Notes: generated by a model not told the origin, from the letters alone. Numbered from the stretch's first letter, positions 9,901 through 20,584 are shown. The stretch is DNA of 64,000 bases from Candidatus Geocrenenecus huangii (GCA_023254095.1 JALNLM010000004.1:41359-105358); one strand, 5' to 3'. Numbers and translations are program-made.

Positions 9901-12177
9901 ATGAGTCGACGTCATTCAACCTCTAGATCTCTATTGCTGGTTACAATGCTTATCCTGTTTTCTTGTACCGCAATTTACCCAGTCTTAGAATCCTCTACAG
10001 CCGGCACCACAACCATGAAAGAATTATCTAAAAACTGGTTAGAAGATCTTAGGGTTCTCCGGACAAATTCATCGAGTTCTTTCTCTGTAACTAAAAAGTA
10101 CAAGATCCTACTAGATACAAGCGTACCGAATATCCACGCTGGCGACGTATGGATGATCAGAGACCGATACGGCAGATACCTCAATGGTACCGGAGTAGCT
10201 ATAGGTATTGTAGACACGGGGATCGACTATACTCACCCAGACTTCTACTTCCATAATGGTTCAACAAAGATACTGGCAATATGGGATCAGACTATAGAGG
10301 GTAAGCCTCCGAAAGGCTTTAACTATGGGCGTGAATGCACGAGAAGAGAGATAGAAGATAGGACTTGTCCTGAGAGGGATACTGTAGGCCATGGAACACA
10401 TGTAGCATCTATAGCTGCTGGGACGGGTAATGCGGGACCATACATCGGCGTAGCCCCTGGAGCATACTTAATAGTAGTGAAGTCCGGATACTCCGCATGC
10501 AACGGTACACAATGGTTCATGGATGAAGACGAGATAATAGATGGCTTGATCTATGTTGTTGAAAAAGCTAGAGAACTAGGTCTAAGACTTGTTATCAATT
10601 TAAGCATAGGCTCAAACCTAGGAGGACATGATGGGTCTTCAACTCTAGAGAAGATTATAGAGGAGCTTATAGATGGCGGCGTAATCGTTATCGCAGCTGC
10701 TGGAAACTCTGGAGATGAAAAAATACATGCTACAGGTTTCCTGAAGATAGGAGGCCAAATAAATCTTAGATGGTTTATCCCACCCTCAACTACAGGTTTT
10801 GGCCTATCTTTATGGTTAGACCATGGGGACGAGATTACGGTAAAACTCAAGACGCCCAGCAATATAACAGTTCAAGCACCAGTGAAAAACTTGTTAATCG
10901 ATGAAGTAAGCATTAGTCTCGTTAGAAGTGTCTATGATACTGGGATAGAATGGTTACTAGAATTGAGTTCTAGCGGGAGCTTACCTACTGAAGGCTGGAG
11001 TATAGAGATTCAGGCGGTAGAGACTCGGGGAAGCGGAGTATGGCATGCATGGATAAGCAGTGATACATGCTCATCATATATTGAGAGCTTCCTACCTGGA
11101 GAAGGATACATTATCTCACAGAACTATACCATAGCTATCCCCGCAACCTCCCGTAGAGTTATAGCAGTCGGAGGATACGTGACAAAGAATACATGGACAA
11201 ATTATCTAGGAGAAGTTCTCAACACTCTTTACAATGTTGGCGATATTCTAGATTTCAGCAGTAGAGGTCCGACGAGAGATGGTAGAATAAAACCCGAGAT
11301 AATCGCTCCCGGCTCAGTAATTGTCGCCGCTAGACCAGTGTCAGACCAGTTCTCCAGACTAGACGTCAATAGATACTATACTGTTAAGCATGGTACAAGC
11401 ATGTCTTCCCCCCACGTCGCCGGGGTAGCCGCAATCATCCTACAATTTATGCCCAACGCATCGTATACTGATGTTATCAAAGCTCTACAATCCTCTGCTA
11501 AATGGAGTAGAGAATACGGTGAGAGACCTAATAATGTCTGGGGATGGGGAAAGCTTGATGCGAGAGTATTCTACAACGTATCTCTTAGATTGGTTGGGCT
11601 ACCTGGAGATGTCACTGCAACGGTGTACATTAACAATTCACTAGAAAAACTCTCTGTTAGCACTCCTGTCGAAAAGGTCTTTTTGAGAGGGACCAGTCAA
11701 TTTGTTAATGCTCAAAGGGTAGTCGAATTCATAGAGAGAGGCGTTAGATATGTTGTTGAGAGGGGTAACTTCAAGATAGAAGATGGTGGAAACATCGTCA
11801 TCAGATACATTCCAGAATATCTCCTAGAAGTAGAATCGGAACTAGGCGGAGAATATGGAGGTGGATGGTATAGAGAAGGCACGATAGCGGTCTTTTCTGC
11901 TAGAAGCTATCTTTTTCCAGAAGGCTTAGAGGTACTCTTTAAGCCAATATCTATATTGAGCGGGTGGATTGATGAAAAAGGAAGGATTCTTAAAGAAAAC
12001 AAGATAGTTATGGATGGCCCCCACAAAGTTACGGCGATATATAGTAGAGACTACGGTTTGCTCTATACTGGGTGGATAATTATATCCTCCGCCATAATCT
12101 TGACGGTAATTATAATCGTGAATTATGTAAGAGAGAGAAAACTTGCCGATAGAAGTAGTTACGCCATAGACCATTAA
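9901..12177 (+). CDS. Membrane-anchored S8 subtilisin-family serine protease
   Basis: Signal peptide; triad motifs VDTGID, HGTHVA, GTSMSSP; AAGN oxyanion motif; C-terminal TM helix. Confidence 0.92.
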   Translation: MSRRHSTSRSLLLVTMLILFSCTAIYPVLESSTAGTTTMKELSKNWLEDLRVLRTNSSSSFSVTKKYKILLDTSVPNIHAGDVWMIRDRYGRYLNGTGVAIGIVDTGIDYTHPDFYFHNGSTKILAIWDQTIEGKPPKGFNYGRECTRREIEDRTCPERDTVGHGTHVASIAAGTGNAGPYIGVAPGAYLIVVKSGYSACNGTQWFMDEDEIIDGLIYVVEKARELGLRLVINLSIGSNLGGHDGSSTLEKIIEELIDGGVIVIAAAGNSGDEKIHATGFLKIGGQINLRWFIPPSTTGFGLSLWLDHGDEITVKLKTPSNITVQAPVKNLLIDEVSISLVRSVYDTGIEWLLELSSSGSLPTEGWSIEIQAVETRGSGVWHAWISSDTCSSYIESFLPGEGYIISQNYTIAIPATSRRVIAVGGYVTKNTWTNYLGEVLNTLYNVGDILDFSSRGPTRDGRIKPEIIAPGSVIVAARPVSDQFSRLDVNRYYTVKHGTSMSSPHVAGVAAIILQFMPNASYTDVIKALQSSAKWSREYGERPNNVWGWGKLDARVFYNVSLRLVGLPGDVTATVYINNSLEKLSVSTPVEKVFLRGTSQFVNAQRVVEFIERGVRYVVERGNFKIEDGGNIVIRYIPEYLLEVESELGGEYGGGWYREGTIAVFSARSYLFPEGLEVLFKPISILSGWIDEKGRILKENKIVMDGPHKVTAIYSRDYGLLYTGWIIISSAIILTVIIIVNYVRERKLADRSSYAIDH

Positions 12178-12229
12178 TTCACATATCTTAATCTATTCTA
12201 GAAAATCCTTATAGAATAGTTGATCATCC

Positions 12230-12490
12230 TTGAAATATATGGTTGATCCCAGATACATTGTTAAAGTTGTAGATGCAGGTAAGACTCTAAGAGTTTCCAA
12301 AGAAATCTCAGAACTTGTCAAGAACGTTGTAGGAGGAAAAATGATGCAGAAAATGAAGAGAGAGTACGTTGACTGCCCAGTAGCGGCTAAGCAGATTCCA
12401 TTCCTCGAATGTTATCTATGTGTCTCCTTCATAAGAAGAATGAGGGGGGAAGTACATTGCGCAGGGATAGAATTCAAGATAAGGCAATAG
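12230..12490 (+). CDS. Hypothetical Cys-containing small protein
   Basis: VDCPV...FLECYLC..F.RR.RGEVHC; compact ORF filling the gap between genes. Confidence 0.7.
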   Translation: MKYMVDPRYIVKVVDAGKTLRVSKEISELVKNVVGGKMMQKMKREYVDCPVAAKQIPFLECYLCVSFIRRMRGEVHCAGIEFKIRQ

Positions 12491-12600
12491 GCAGATTTCC
12501 AGCTTGTAAAGTATCGTTTTCCTAGGTAGGGAAGCAATATGCATAAGATAGCTTATAGCTAGTTGGATGCTATAAATAGCTAATCTTACATGTAGATAAA

Positions 12601-13080
12601 ATGAAAACACCTAAATACAGTGGATTCTACCAAATAGACGAGGGGCGAAGTTTGGCAGCTATAGCTTCAAAAAGGTTTAGTGATGAATTCTCATCTCTAC
12701 TCGATAAGCTTGTTAGAGTAAACTTTCTGAATGGGGGGTCTCTCGAAGGTAGATTATCAGCATACAATCCTACAGATTATAGCCTATGGCTATCTGATGT
12801 AAGAGATGCTTCTGGCAAACTAGTACCGAAGATATTTATCTCAGGTAGGAACATAATGTCAATAGAAGTAATCGAGGCGGGGCCGCGTCTAGAGAAGCTT
12901 GCTGAGAAGCTAAATAAGGTTTTCCCGAACATGGTGAGATACGTACGTGAAGCAGACGTTATACTAGTCATGGATAGGATCAGAGTAACTAAGGATGGAG
13001 TAGTCGAGGGTAGTGGACCTGCGGCTGAGAGAGTACAGAAAGTATACGAAGAATGGCTTGCCGAACAGGAAAGTGGATAA
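12601..13080 (+). CDS. Lsm/Sm-like RNA-binding protein, SmAP3 type
   Basis: Sm fold plus C-terminal domain (LNKVFPNMVRY...VMDRIRV...GSGPAAERV); probable start TTG at 12652. Confidence 0.85.
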   Translation: MKTPKYSGFYQIDEGRSLAAIASKRFSDEFSSLLDKLVRVNFLNGGSLEGRLSAYNPTDYSLWLSDVRDASGKLVPKIFISGRNIMSIEVIEAGPRLEKLAEKLNKVFPNMVRYVREADVILVMDRIRVTKDGVVEGSGPAAERVQKVYEEWLAEQESG

Positions 13081-13235
13081 ACAATAGAAAGAGATAAGCT
13101 AAAGTCTCTAGAGTTAGGATAATTCTTCTCTGCCGTTTATTGGATAGAATTAATGCCTCCGTCTACCTATATCTTACCTGTAAGGGGAAAGCTTTTTAAA
13201 ACGTTTTTTCTCAATTGATTTGGTTGATGGAGTAG

Positions 13236-14372
13236 TTGGTGTTCGATATTCTGCAGATAGGCGGACAACAGGATATCCTCTCCACCCTAGTCTCGCTCAT
13301 CTGGCTACTCTTACTTCTCAGCTTCTTTCTATATCCAGGATTCAGTCAGAGGATCCAGCTATCATACATTTTAAGAGATTTAGAGAGGAAATTAAATAAG
13401 CTAAGGATTATTGACGACGATGTCAAGGATAGAACTTTAAAGGCTTTTCAAGAACATTCTGAACCAAATATAGATGTAAAAAATGAGCTTGAAAGACTGG
13501 TAGATTCATTTATTATATCTCCTGAATCTATGGACCCGTACGGTATAGTGTATAAGCTTGAACACATCGTTAATACCTGGGAAGATAGGTTCGAGGAAGA
13601 TGTGGCCAGGATCTGTTCTAAAGCGGATCCCGTAAAAGTTAAGACCTTGACAAACCTCGTCGAAGTATCTAGAGGAGTACACTTCATATATCGTTACGTC
13701 CGCCACTACTATTTGCTCGGGAAGAGAACACAGAACATCTATCTAGTCCTCCAGATGCAGATGCTCATGCCTCAGATAATGGAGATAGCTGAAGCATACA
13801 GGCAGGCGAGCTATGCTTTTGCTCAAGCTCAGCCGATAGGAGATGGGATAGGAGCTCTAGTCGTAGCAAAGCTCGTTCATGGGCTGGAGAAGAAAACCTA
13901 CGAAATTGCAAAAGATACAATCGTCCACGAATTAGAACTTGATGGGAGGAAGCTTCTAATACTTAGAGCAAGTGGGCCTGGAGGCACTGTTGGGAGACCT
14001 GGTGAAGGAATTGTTAAACTGATCGAGTCGGAGGGAGATCGAGTTAAATTAATAATTACTATAGATGCCGGCTTAAAGCTTGAGGGAGAAGAGAGTGGGA
14101 AGGTAGTAGAAGGAGTAGGAGTAGCGATAGGTGGGACAGGAGTAGATAAGTTCAAGATAGAGGAGATAGCTAAGGCGAAGAGAATACCTCTCTACGCTAT
14201 AGTAATCTACGAGTCGATCACGGAGGCTATTACGCCTATGAGGGAATCGATAGTGAAAGCAGCGGACAAGATTATTGAGAAGGTCAAGCAGTTAGTCAAC
14301 GAGAAAGTTGAGAAGGGGGCCACAATCATTATTGCTGGAATAGGGAATTCAGTAGGGATAGGGGTGACATAG
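13236..14372 (+). CDS. DUF1512-family membrane-anchored protein
   Basis: N-terminal TM; PESMDPYGIV, PIGDGIG, GPGGTVGRPG, IDAGLKLEGE, GIGNSVGIG. Confidence 0.85.
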   Translation: MVFDILQIGGQQDILSTLVSLIWLLLLLSFFLYPGFSQRIQLSYILRDLERKLNKLRIIDDDVKDRTLKAFQEHSEPNIDVKNELERLVDSFIISPESMDPYGIVYKLEHIVNTWEDRFEEDVARICSKADPVKVKTLTNLVEVSRGVHFIYRYVRHYYLLGKRTQNIYLVLQMQMLMPQIMEIAEAYRQASYAFAQAQPIGDGIGALVVAKLVHGLEKKTYEIAKDTIVHELELDGRKLLILRASGPGGTVGRPGEGIVKLIESEGDRVKLIITIDAGLKLEGEESGKVVEGVGVAIGGTGVDKFKIEEIAKAKRIPLYAIVIYESITEAITPMRESIVKAADKIIEKVKQLVNEKVEKGATIIIAGIGNSVGIGVT

Positions 14373-14418
14373 ATATCTATACTATTCCAAGGTATATTAA
14401 TAGCCTAGATACTCCTAT

Positions 14419-14649
14419 GTGGCGAGTGTAGGAGGAATGTTCCCTCAGAAACCACAACTAAATAGGTTCATCCAACCGTTAACCCATCTAACATGCTTCT
14501 CATGCAATACTGAAAATTCTAGACCATTCAAAGATGGAGACTATGTATTCAAAGAAGTTGAAGAAAAATGTCCGAAATGCGGTTCAACAAAAATGCTCAT
14601 AACAGGGATCTACATAGAAGAGAGACAGTTGAAAGAAAGAGAAAGATAA
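14419..14649 (+). CDS. Small Zn-ribbon protein
   Basis: CFSC...RPFKDGDYVFK...CPKCGS...ITGIY; co-oriented after DUF1512. Confidence 0.8.
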   Translation: MASVGGMFPQKPQLNRFIQPLTHLTCFSCNTENSRPFKDGDYVFKEVEEKCPKCGSTKMLITGIYIEERQLKERER

Positions 14650-14793
14650 TCACCTAATAATCTTCAAGGACTCTTTTCTAAATAAACTAACAATAGAGAG
14701 CAGGTCAATCAGACTATCTTGAAGAAAAATTCTAATCATCCACTATTCCACATAGAGGATAAACCTCATCTCTAAATTATAGGGTAACATATC

Positions 14794-15690
14794 CTAGGTT
14801 ATGACTTCACATCCGTTTTCCGTCACTACTACAGTGTGTTCTGCTTGAGCCACAGGTTTACCTCTTCTTTCAACCAAGACAGGGTAAGAATATATCCTCC
14901 CCGTCTTAACCATTTTCTCATGAATCTTACTAAACTTCTCGAAACCATTTATCCATCTAGGAGTATAAGGTAGACTATCAAACTCTTCATACATATGTTC
15001 CAGGAACTTCTTCTCTTCTTCATCAAGCTTTCCAAATTTAAGTTTTCCGGCATTAATTCTATATATCGTGACAATATCTGAGGAGACTACTTCCCCTCCA
15101 CCATCACTGGTCGTTGCAAAGGGCTCGATAGCGTAGATATGACCTAGCTGGAGCTTCTCACCTCTAGCTGATGCGACATTCGGTATTGAGAGACCTGCAT
15201 GGAGATTATATCTGTCGATCTCGTGGCCTGTTAAGTTTCTTATCGGCTTGAAACCTCTACTAGTGATGACTTGCTGGATAACTCCACCGATAGTAGAGGT
15301 TTGAACGCCAGGCTTAATGATCTTCACAGCCTCAAGCAATGCTGTGTTAACCGCTTCGACCATTGCTTGTAATGCGGGGTCTAGAGATATTGTTATAGCT
15401 GTATCAGCGATATAGCCATCCACACAGACACCTATGTCTATCTTGACGAGTGATCTGGGGAAGATGATCGAAGTGTCCCCTATAGTGGGCGTATAATGTG
15501 CCGCTACATCGTTTATACAGATATTACATGGGAAGGCAGGCTTAGCGCCTTCATCAATAATCAATCCTTCAAGGATGTCGCATACTTCGGTCAATCTTAC
15601 GCCTTCTCTAGCAATACTTAGAGATTTCTCTCTAACCTTCCTAGCTACCCTGCCCGCCTGCCTCAAAGCATCTATTACAGCATCATCCAT
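14794..15690 (-). CDS. map: Type II methionine aminopeptidase
   Basis: AFPCN...AAHYTP, KIDIG..VDGYIADTA, NLTGH, AIEPFAT, AQAEHT. Confidence 0.95.
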   Translation of the reverse strand: MDDAVIDALRQAGRVARKVREKSLSIAREGVRLTEVCDILEGLIIDEGAKPAFPCNICINDVAAHYTPTIGDTSIIFPRSLVKIDIGVCVDGYIADTAITISLDPALQAMVEAVNTALLEAVKIIKPGVQTSTIGGVIQQVITSRGFKPIRNLTGHEIDRYNLHAGLSIPNVASARGEKLQLGHIYAIEPFATTSDGGGEVVSSDIVTIYRINAGKLKFGKLDEEEKKFLEHMYEEFDSLPYTPRWINGFEKFSKIHEKMVKTGRIYSYPVLVERRGKPVAQAEHTVVVTENGCEVIT

Positions 15691-15951
15691 ACATATCCCT
15701 CATCTAGCTTAACTATACTATAGCAATAATTACCATGACGTGTTTTATATTTTTCCTCAATCAATCCAGTAAGATAAGACTTAACCGTCAGCTTTAATAC
15801 TTGAACACAGAAGTGTAAGAAAATCAAGATGGCTATTCCTATTATCTGTTCTAGATTCATCCACTGTCGTTAAGTAATTTATGGAGCTGGAACAAGGTTT
15901 TAGAAGAAGTTTATTAACGAGATATAATTAGTTGAGGGGGGAAGAAGATGG

Positions 15952-17115
15952 GTGAATATCTTTGGCTCTAAGAATAATGGAGACTTCATGGTAACCCCGT
16001 GGACGGTTGAAGGCGAAGTAGATTATAATAAACTTGTAGAAAAATTCGGGACAAGCATCATAGATGACAGGTTGATGGAGAGATTTGTAAGTGTAGCTGG
16101 AGAAGATCACCACCTACTTAGAAGAAGGATATTCTTCTCCCATCGAGACCTAGACAGAATACTCGACGATTACGAAAGTGGTAAAGGATTCTTTCTATAT
16201 ACTGGAAGAGGCCCAAGCGGGCCAATGCATATAGGGCATATAATCCCATTCTATTTTACCAGGTGGCTTCAAGATAGGTTCAAGGTAAACGTCTACATCC
16301 AGCTGACCGATGATGAAAAATTCCTAGAGGAAAGTAGGGGGTTAAATCTTGAAGATACTGTCAGATGGTCTAATGAGAATGCACTAGATATAATTGCTAG
16401 CGGATTCGACCCGGATAGGACTTTCATCTTCCAAGATACCGAATATATTAAGAACATGTATCCGATAGCTTTGAGGGTTGCCAGGAAGGTCAATTTTAGC
16501 TGGGTTAGAGCAGTCTTCGGATTCACATATGAAACAAACATAGGTTTAATCTTCTACCCAGCATTACAGATAGTCCCATCGTTATTCGAGAAGAAGAGAT
16601 GCTTAATCCCTGCAGCGATAGACCAGGACCCATACTGGAGAGTACAGAGAGATATAGCTGAATCCCTCGGATACTATAAAGCAGCCCAAATACATAGCAA
16701 GTTTCTCCCACCACTAACTGGTCCCGTTGGAAAGATGAGTGCAAGTAAACCAGAATCAGCAATATACCTTCACGACGACCCCAAAACCGTAAGAAAGAAG
16801 ATCTGGCAAGCGTATTCAGGGGGTCAGCCTACGGTCGAACTTCATCGAAAGCTTGGAGGAAATCCCGAAGTAGATGTTGCATTCCAGTGGTTGTACTTCT
16901 TTTTCGAACCGGACGACTCGAAATTGAAGAAGCTGGAAGAAGATTATAGAGCCGGTAAGCTCTTAAGCGGAGAGATGAAGAATATACTGATCGAAAAAGT
17001 TGCCGAATTTCTTGAAGAACACCAAGAAAGAAGAAAAGAAGCTAAAGAGCTTCTCCACCTCTTCAAATATGATGGAGAACTAGCTAGAGAGATGTGGAAA
17101 AAGATCTATAAATAA
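15952..17115 (+). CDS. trpS: Tryptophanyl-tRNA synthetase
   Basis: VTPW.V, LYTGRGPS..MHIGH, IDQDPYWR, KMSAS. Confidence 0.96.
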   Translation: MNIFGSKNNGDFMVTPWTVEGEVDYNKLVEKFGTSIIDDRLMERFVSVAGEDHHLLRRRIFFSHRDLDRILDDYESGKGFFLYTGRGPSGPMHIGHIIPFYFTRWLQDRFKVNVYIQLTDDEKFLEESRGLNLEDTVRWSNENALDIIASGFDPDRTFIFQDTEYIKNMYPIALRVARKVNFSWVRAVFGFTYETNIGLIFYPALQIVPSLFEKKRCLIPAAIDQDPYWRVQRDIAESLGYYKAAQIHSKFLPPLTGPVGKMSASKPESAIYLHDDPKTVRKKIWQAYSGGQPTVELHRKLGGNPEVDVAFQWLYFFFEPDDSKLKKLEEDYRAGKLLSGEMKNILIEKVAEFLEEHQERRKEAKELLHLFKYDGELAREMWKKIYK

Positions 17116-17282
17116 CTTACATACAATATTATCTTTTATCTACTTTAAACTCTGTGGCTGTGAGACCTACGTTATAAAACAGTATATTCAGCTCTGGGAC
17201 TTCATCAAGCAACACTGTGACCTCTTCCTCTCCCATAAACTCTGGCTCGACGTGATAGGATGAGACCTACTATGTGTCCCAT

Positions 17283-18086
17283 TCATATCCGACTATTTTT
17301 AATTTTCGATGCGAAATTCCTTATCGCAGAGATAAATTGTTCAGGTGCTTCACGGTGTGGAGAGTGCCCAGCCCCCTCTATAATCATTAGAGTGCTTCCA
17401 GATATGGCTTTACTTATTCTAACACCATCTATTAGTGGTATTAGCCTATCATCTGATCCCCAGATGATCAGTGTTGGAACCTTTATCTCTGCAAAGTCCG
17501 AAGGTAAGAGTGGCCTCGAGATCTCATCAAGTAGCAATGTATAAAGTTGAGGGAATATGGGGTCCTCGAACATTTGCATAAACTCTCTTAAACGTGTTTC
17601 ATCAAGTCTTCCTAACCTCCCCAACAAACATTCTTGGTAGTATTTCCTCAATCTTTCTATACTCCACCGATCCTCCATATATTCTCTGATCTTTTTCGCA
17701 GGAGCATCACTCATCCCAGCAGCGTTAACTAATATGATGCCTTGAAATTTTTCACGGCATTTTTTGTATGCTTTTATCGAGATCATGCCTCCCATTGAGT
17801 GACCAACAATGATCACTGGATAGAAGTGCGTGGACTTCATGAAAGAACATAAAAGATCTGCAAGATTGTCAAGAGTATATGGTAATAGAGGTTTATCTGA
17901 TTTTCCGAATCCCGGTAAATCGATAGCGATCACGTGAAAACTTTCAGATAATCTATCGAAAACTTCCTCCCAGCTTTTAGAGGTCCCGCCAAGGCCATGA
18001 ATCAGCAATAGCTTGGATGCTCCTTCGTCGCCTGATTCTAGATAATGAACTCTAAGACCGCATATTTGGAGAAAAGTCTCAACCAT
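17283..18086 (-). CDS. Alpha/beta hydrolase
   Basis: HGLGG, DLPGFGKS, GHSMGG nucleophile elbow, AGHSPH. Confidence 0.92.
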   Translation of the reverse strand: MVETFLQICGLRVHYLESGDEGASKLLLIHGLGGTSKSWEEVFDRLSESFHVIAIDLPGFGKSDKPLLPYTLDNLADLLCSFMKSTHFYPVIIVGHSMGGMISIKAYKKCREKFQGIILVNAAGMSDAPAKKIREYMEDRWSIERLRKYYQECLLGRLGRLDETRLREFMQMFEDPIFPQLYTLLLDEISRPLLPSDFAEIKVPTLIIWGSDDRLIPLIDGVRISKAISGSTLMIIEGAGHSPHREAPEQFISAIRNFASKIKNSRI

Positions 18087-18225
18087 GGACAGCTATCTTT
18101 CCATCGTCAGCTATTTATAAATGCATCGGTTTAAAGAAGCTCCGAGCTCTAAACAACCCGGAAGGCAGGTAGCTGTTTAATAACATACTTGATTATCCTT
18201 TCTTTCTCACTGATTTGAGAGGGAG

Positions 18226-19122
18226 TTAGTCTTCATGCACCTTAATGTCTATAGATAGTTCAACAGGATGCTTGAGAATTAATCTGTAACTTCCCTGTCT
18301 AGCTATAATGAGAAGCATTACGTGGTAGTATACTCCCTTCTTCTCTACTGGTGTATTCAGAACTGCCTTAACAAAACCTGTATCAAGAGATGCGAGCTCG
18401 AACCTAAACATCTCTACATCTTCTCCAACGGTTTGGAAAACCCATGCATATACTTTGAATCTACCGAATCCCGAATTATCGGCCACATCTTCTATCTTAT
18501 CGACTTGAAGAGCGAAAGACCTTGTCGAACCTTCAGCTGTAAACCAGTTAGTTGTATCTTCTGGTTCGCTAGACCCTAGATTTACAATAGATGCATCGTA
18601 AGCTCTAGTTAATAGCCTCAAGCTAACCTTCCCGAAATCTTTAGCCTCTCTCCAACTAAACATTATTGTTAGAAGATATCTACCAGATTCTATGGTTAAG
18701 GGAGCATCATATCCTGGTATAATCATTGTTATCCTCGGGCATGAAGTATTGACGGCCAGAATACATGGCATATCAATCTCATAGGTCTTATTACTAGATT
18801 CAAGTTTCACCTTACCGGATAAGCTAAGAGAAGTAAGCTTCTCGATCCTTGGATCAACTATTCTAAATAATAGAGAATCAACATCATCCACTTCGATTAC
18901 GGCTACTTGTCTAAATTCGCTCACGCCTTCACTACTCTGAATCTCTAAATCTAAACTTATGAAAGAGGGATTGACCTCTACTATTGTTGAAGTAGGCGAT
19001 GTAGAAGTAGTTACTGGATGGAAAATGTTTAAGTAGAGAAAGGATGAAAACACTCCAGCGACAATAAATATCGAGACGAGTAAAGCTAGATTCTTAGAAA
19101 AAGATTGCTTAGACAAGCTCAC
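18226..19122 (-). CDS. Hypothetical membrane-anchored or secreted protein
   Basis: N-terminal TM, Thr/Ser linker, beta-rich body; no family recognised. Confidence 0.65.
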   Translation of the reverse strand: MSLSKQSFSKNLALLVSIFIVAGVFSSFLYLNIFHPVTTSTSPTSTIVEVNPSFISLDLEIQSSEGVSEFRQVAVIEVDDVDSLLFRIVDPRIEKLTSLSLSGKVKLESSNKTYEIDMPCILAVNTSCPRITMIIPGYDAPLTIESGRYLLTIMFSWREAKDFGKVSLRLLTRAYDASIVNLGSSEPEDTTNWFTAEGSTRSFALQVDKIEDVADNSGFGRFKVYAWVFQTVGEDVEMFRFELASLDTGFVKAVLNTPVEKKGVYYHVMLLIIARQGSYRLILKHPVELSIDIKVHED

Positions 19123-19150
19123 TCACGTAAATCGAGCCGCATCCTACTAT

Positions 19151-20143
19151 TTAATAAATGCGGTTATTATTGAGGTCGTTTATAATCTTCTTTATCTCCT
19201 TAAGCGCCCATAGTGTTCTAGGTCCTGTAGGCGCGCCTACCACTATCTGGGTGTACCCTATCTCGACTATCTCTCTAATTCTCTCCTCGAGCACTTTAGG
19301 ATGCCCAACGATCGCTAATCTCTCAACCACTTCTACATCGAGGAGGTCGTATAGCTTTAGCCAATCTGCTCTCTGAACTGCTTCTCTTATCTTTACCATC
19401 TTATCTTCTTCTATATCTATACTGTCTATTATCTTTTCTGGAAGCCCTGACAGTATGTAGGCAGCGTAAGGAGTCACTGTTTTGACAGCTCTCCTAAGAT
19501 CCACATCTAAGGAGATCGTTAGATACGCTGCTAAGTCGATCTCTTCTATCCTTTTACCAGCTTTCTCCACTCCCTTCATTACCTCGCCGTACGCCCATCT
19601 CAAATCTTCAACAGCTGAGTAGTTTACTAGTACGCCATCCCCTATCTCTCCACTTAATTGAAGCATCCTGGGACCTTGAGCGCCAACATACAGTAGTAAA
19701 TTGCCTCTAGGGTTAAAGTCTAACCTACCATGTATATTATCTCTTAATGTTATCCTTTTCTCAGTTAATAATTTACGAATGATTGTCGCTGCTTCTCTAA
19801 CTTTCTCCAATGGCTTAACTCTTTCTATGCCAAGGCTTTCAAGAACTGTCTTGTCTCCCGCTCCTATGGCCAGTCTAACTCTTCCCGGAGCGATCTCTAG
19901 AAGTGATGCAGATAATTGAGCTATCACAAATGGGTTTACAGTGTATGGATTAACTACGCCTAGACCTATCCAGACTCTATCAATGTTCTTCAATAAATGT
20001 GAAGCTATGATAAAGCTACTTCTATTGTGTGGATGCTCGCTTAGCCATACGCCTGGAAATCCGAGATCGCCGATAATATATGTTAATAAGTCGATCTTCC
20101 ATAAAGGATCTTTTGGGACGACTTCTACTGTGAATACCGTCAT
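19151..20143 (-). CDS. Luciferase-like (LLM) oxidoreductase, Mer-like, probably F420-dependent
   Basis: WLSEHPHNR, GVVNPY, LAIGAGD, YVGAQGPRML..GEIGDGVL. Confidence 0.88.
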   Translation of the reverse strand: MTVFTVEVVPKDPLWKIDLLTYIIGDLGFPGVWLSEHPHNRSSFIIASHLLKNIDRVWIGLGVVNPYTVNPFVIAQLSASLLEIAPGRVRLAIGAGDKTVLESLGIERVKPLEKVREAATIIRKLLTEKRITLRDNIHGRLDFNPRGNLLLYVGAQGPRMLQLSGEIGDGVLVNYSAVEDLRWAYGEVMKGVEKAGKRIEEIDLAAYLTISLDVDLRRAVKTVTPYAAYILSGLPEKIIDSIDIEEDKMVKIREAVQRADWLKLYDLLDVEVVERLAIVGHPKVLEERIREIVEIGYTQIVVGAPTGPRTLWALKEIKKIINDLNNNRIY

Positions 20144-20409
20144 CTCGGGTTTTCAGCCCCCAGCTCATCTAGTATCTTCTTGAACTTTGCAGGCTCAGCT
20201 ATTGACACAGCATATACGAGTTCTCCTATGAGCTCATCTCTGCTAAATCCTCCCTCCCTATAAGCTTTATTTATCTTCCATCCAACATCATCTGGAACCA
20301 TCTCCAAATTAACAGAGGACAACAGTATGTCAAGTAATTCTTCCACTAGAGATCCTCTATCCTCGATTGATAGTTTCCTGATAATTTCTAGGAATCTATC
20401 TATGCTCAT
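20140..20409 (-). CDS. Hypothetical protein
   Basis: 89-aa ORF whose stop overlaps the LLM start (ATGA), suggesting translational coupling. Confidence 0.7.
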   Translation of the reverse strand: MSIDRFLEIIRKLSIEDRGSLVEELLDILLSSVNLEMVPDDVGWKINKAYREGGFSRDELIGELVYAVSIAEPAKFKKILDELGAENPR

Positions 20410-20584
20410 GTATCCTCGTATAGCTTAAGAAAATGTAGGGATTTAAAAATACTAGTATATAAAAAGCAGGGTTTAGAGACCTATCTGAAGGGTGTTTGGC
20501 AACCCAGTTAGCATCAAATCCTACAAACCTCGTTGTAGGCCTTTAGGGGCCTATTCTCTGAGAGTCTACATATGCGTGGAGACG

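Noticed and set aside
15675-15860. 61-aa ORF upstream of map
   Set aside because: Overlaps the probable map promoter and start; no supporting motif
17130-17280. Short minus-strand open stretch after the hydrolase (...EPEFMGEEEVTVLLDEVPEL...)
   Set aside because: No recognisable motif or firm start; cannot be told apart from chance
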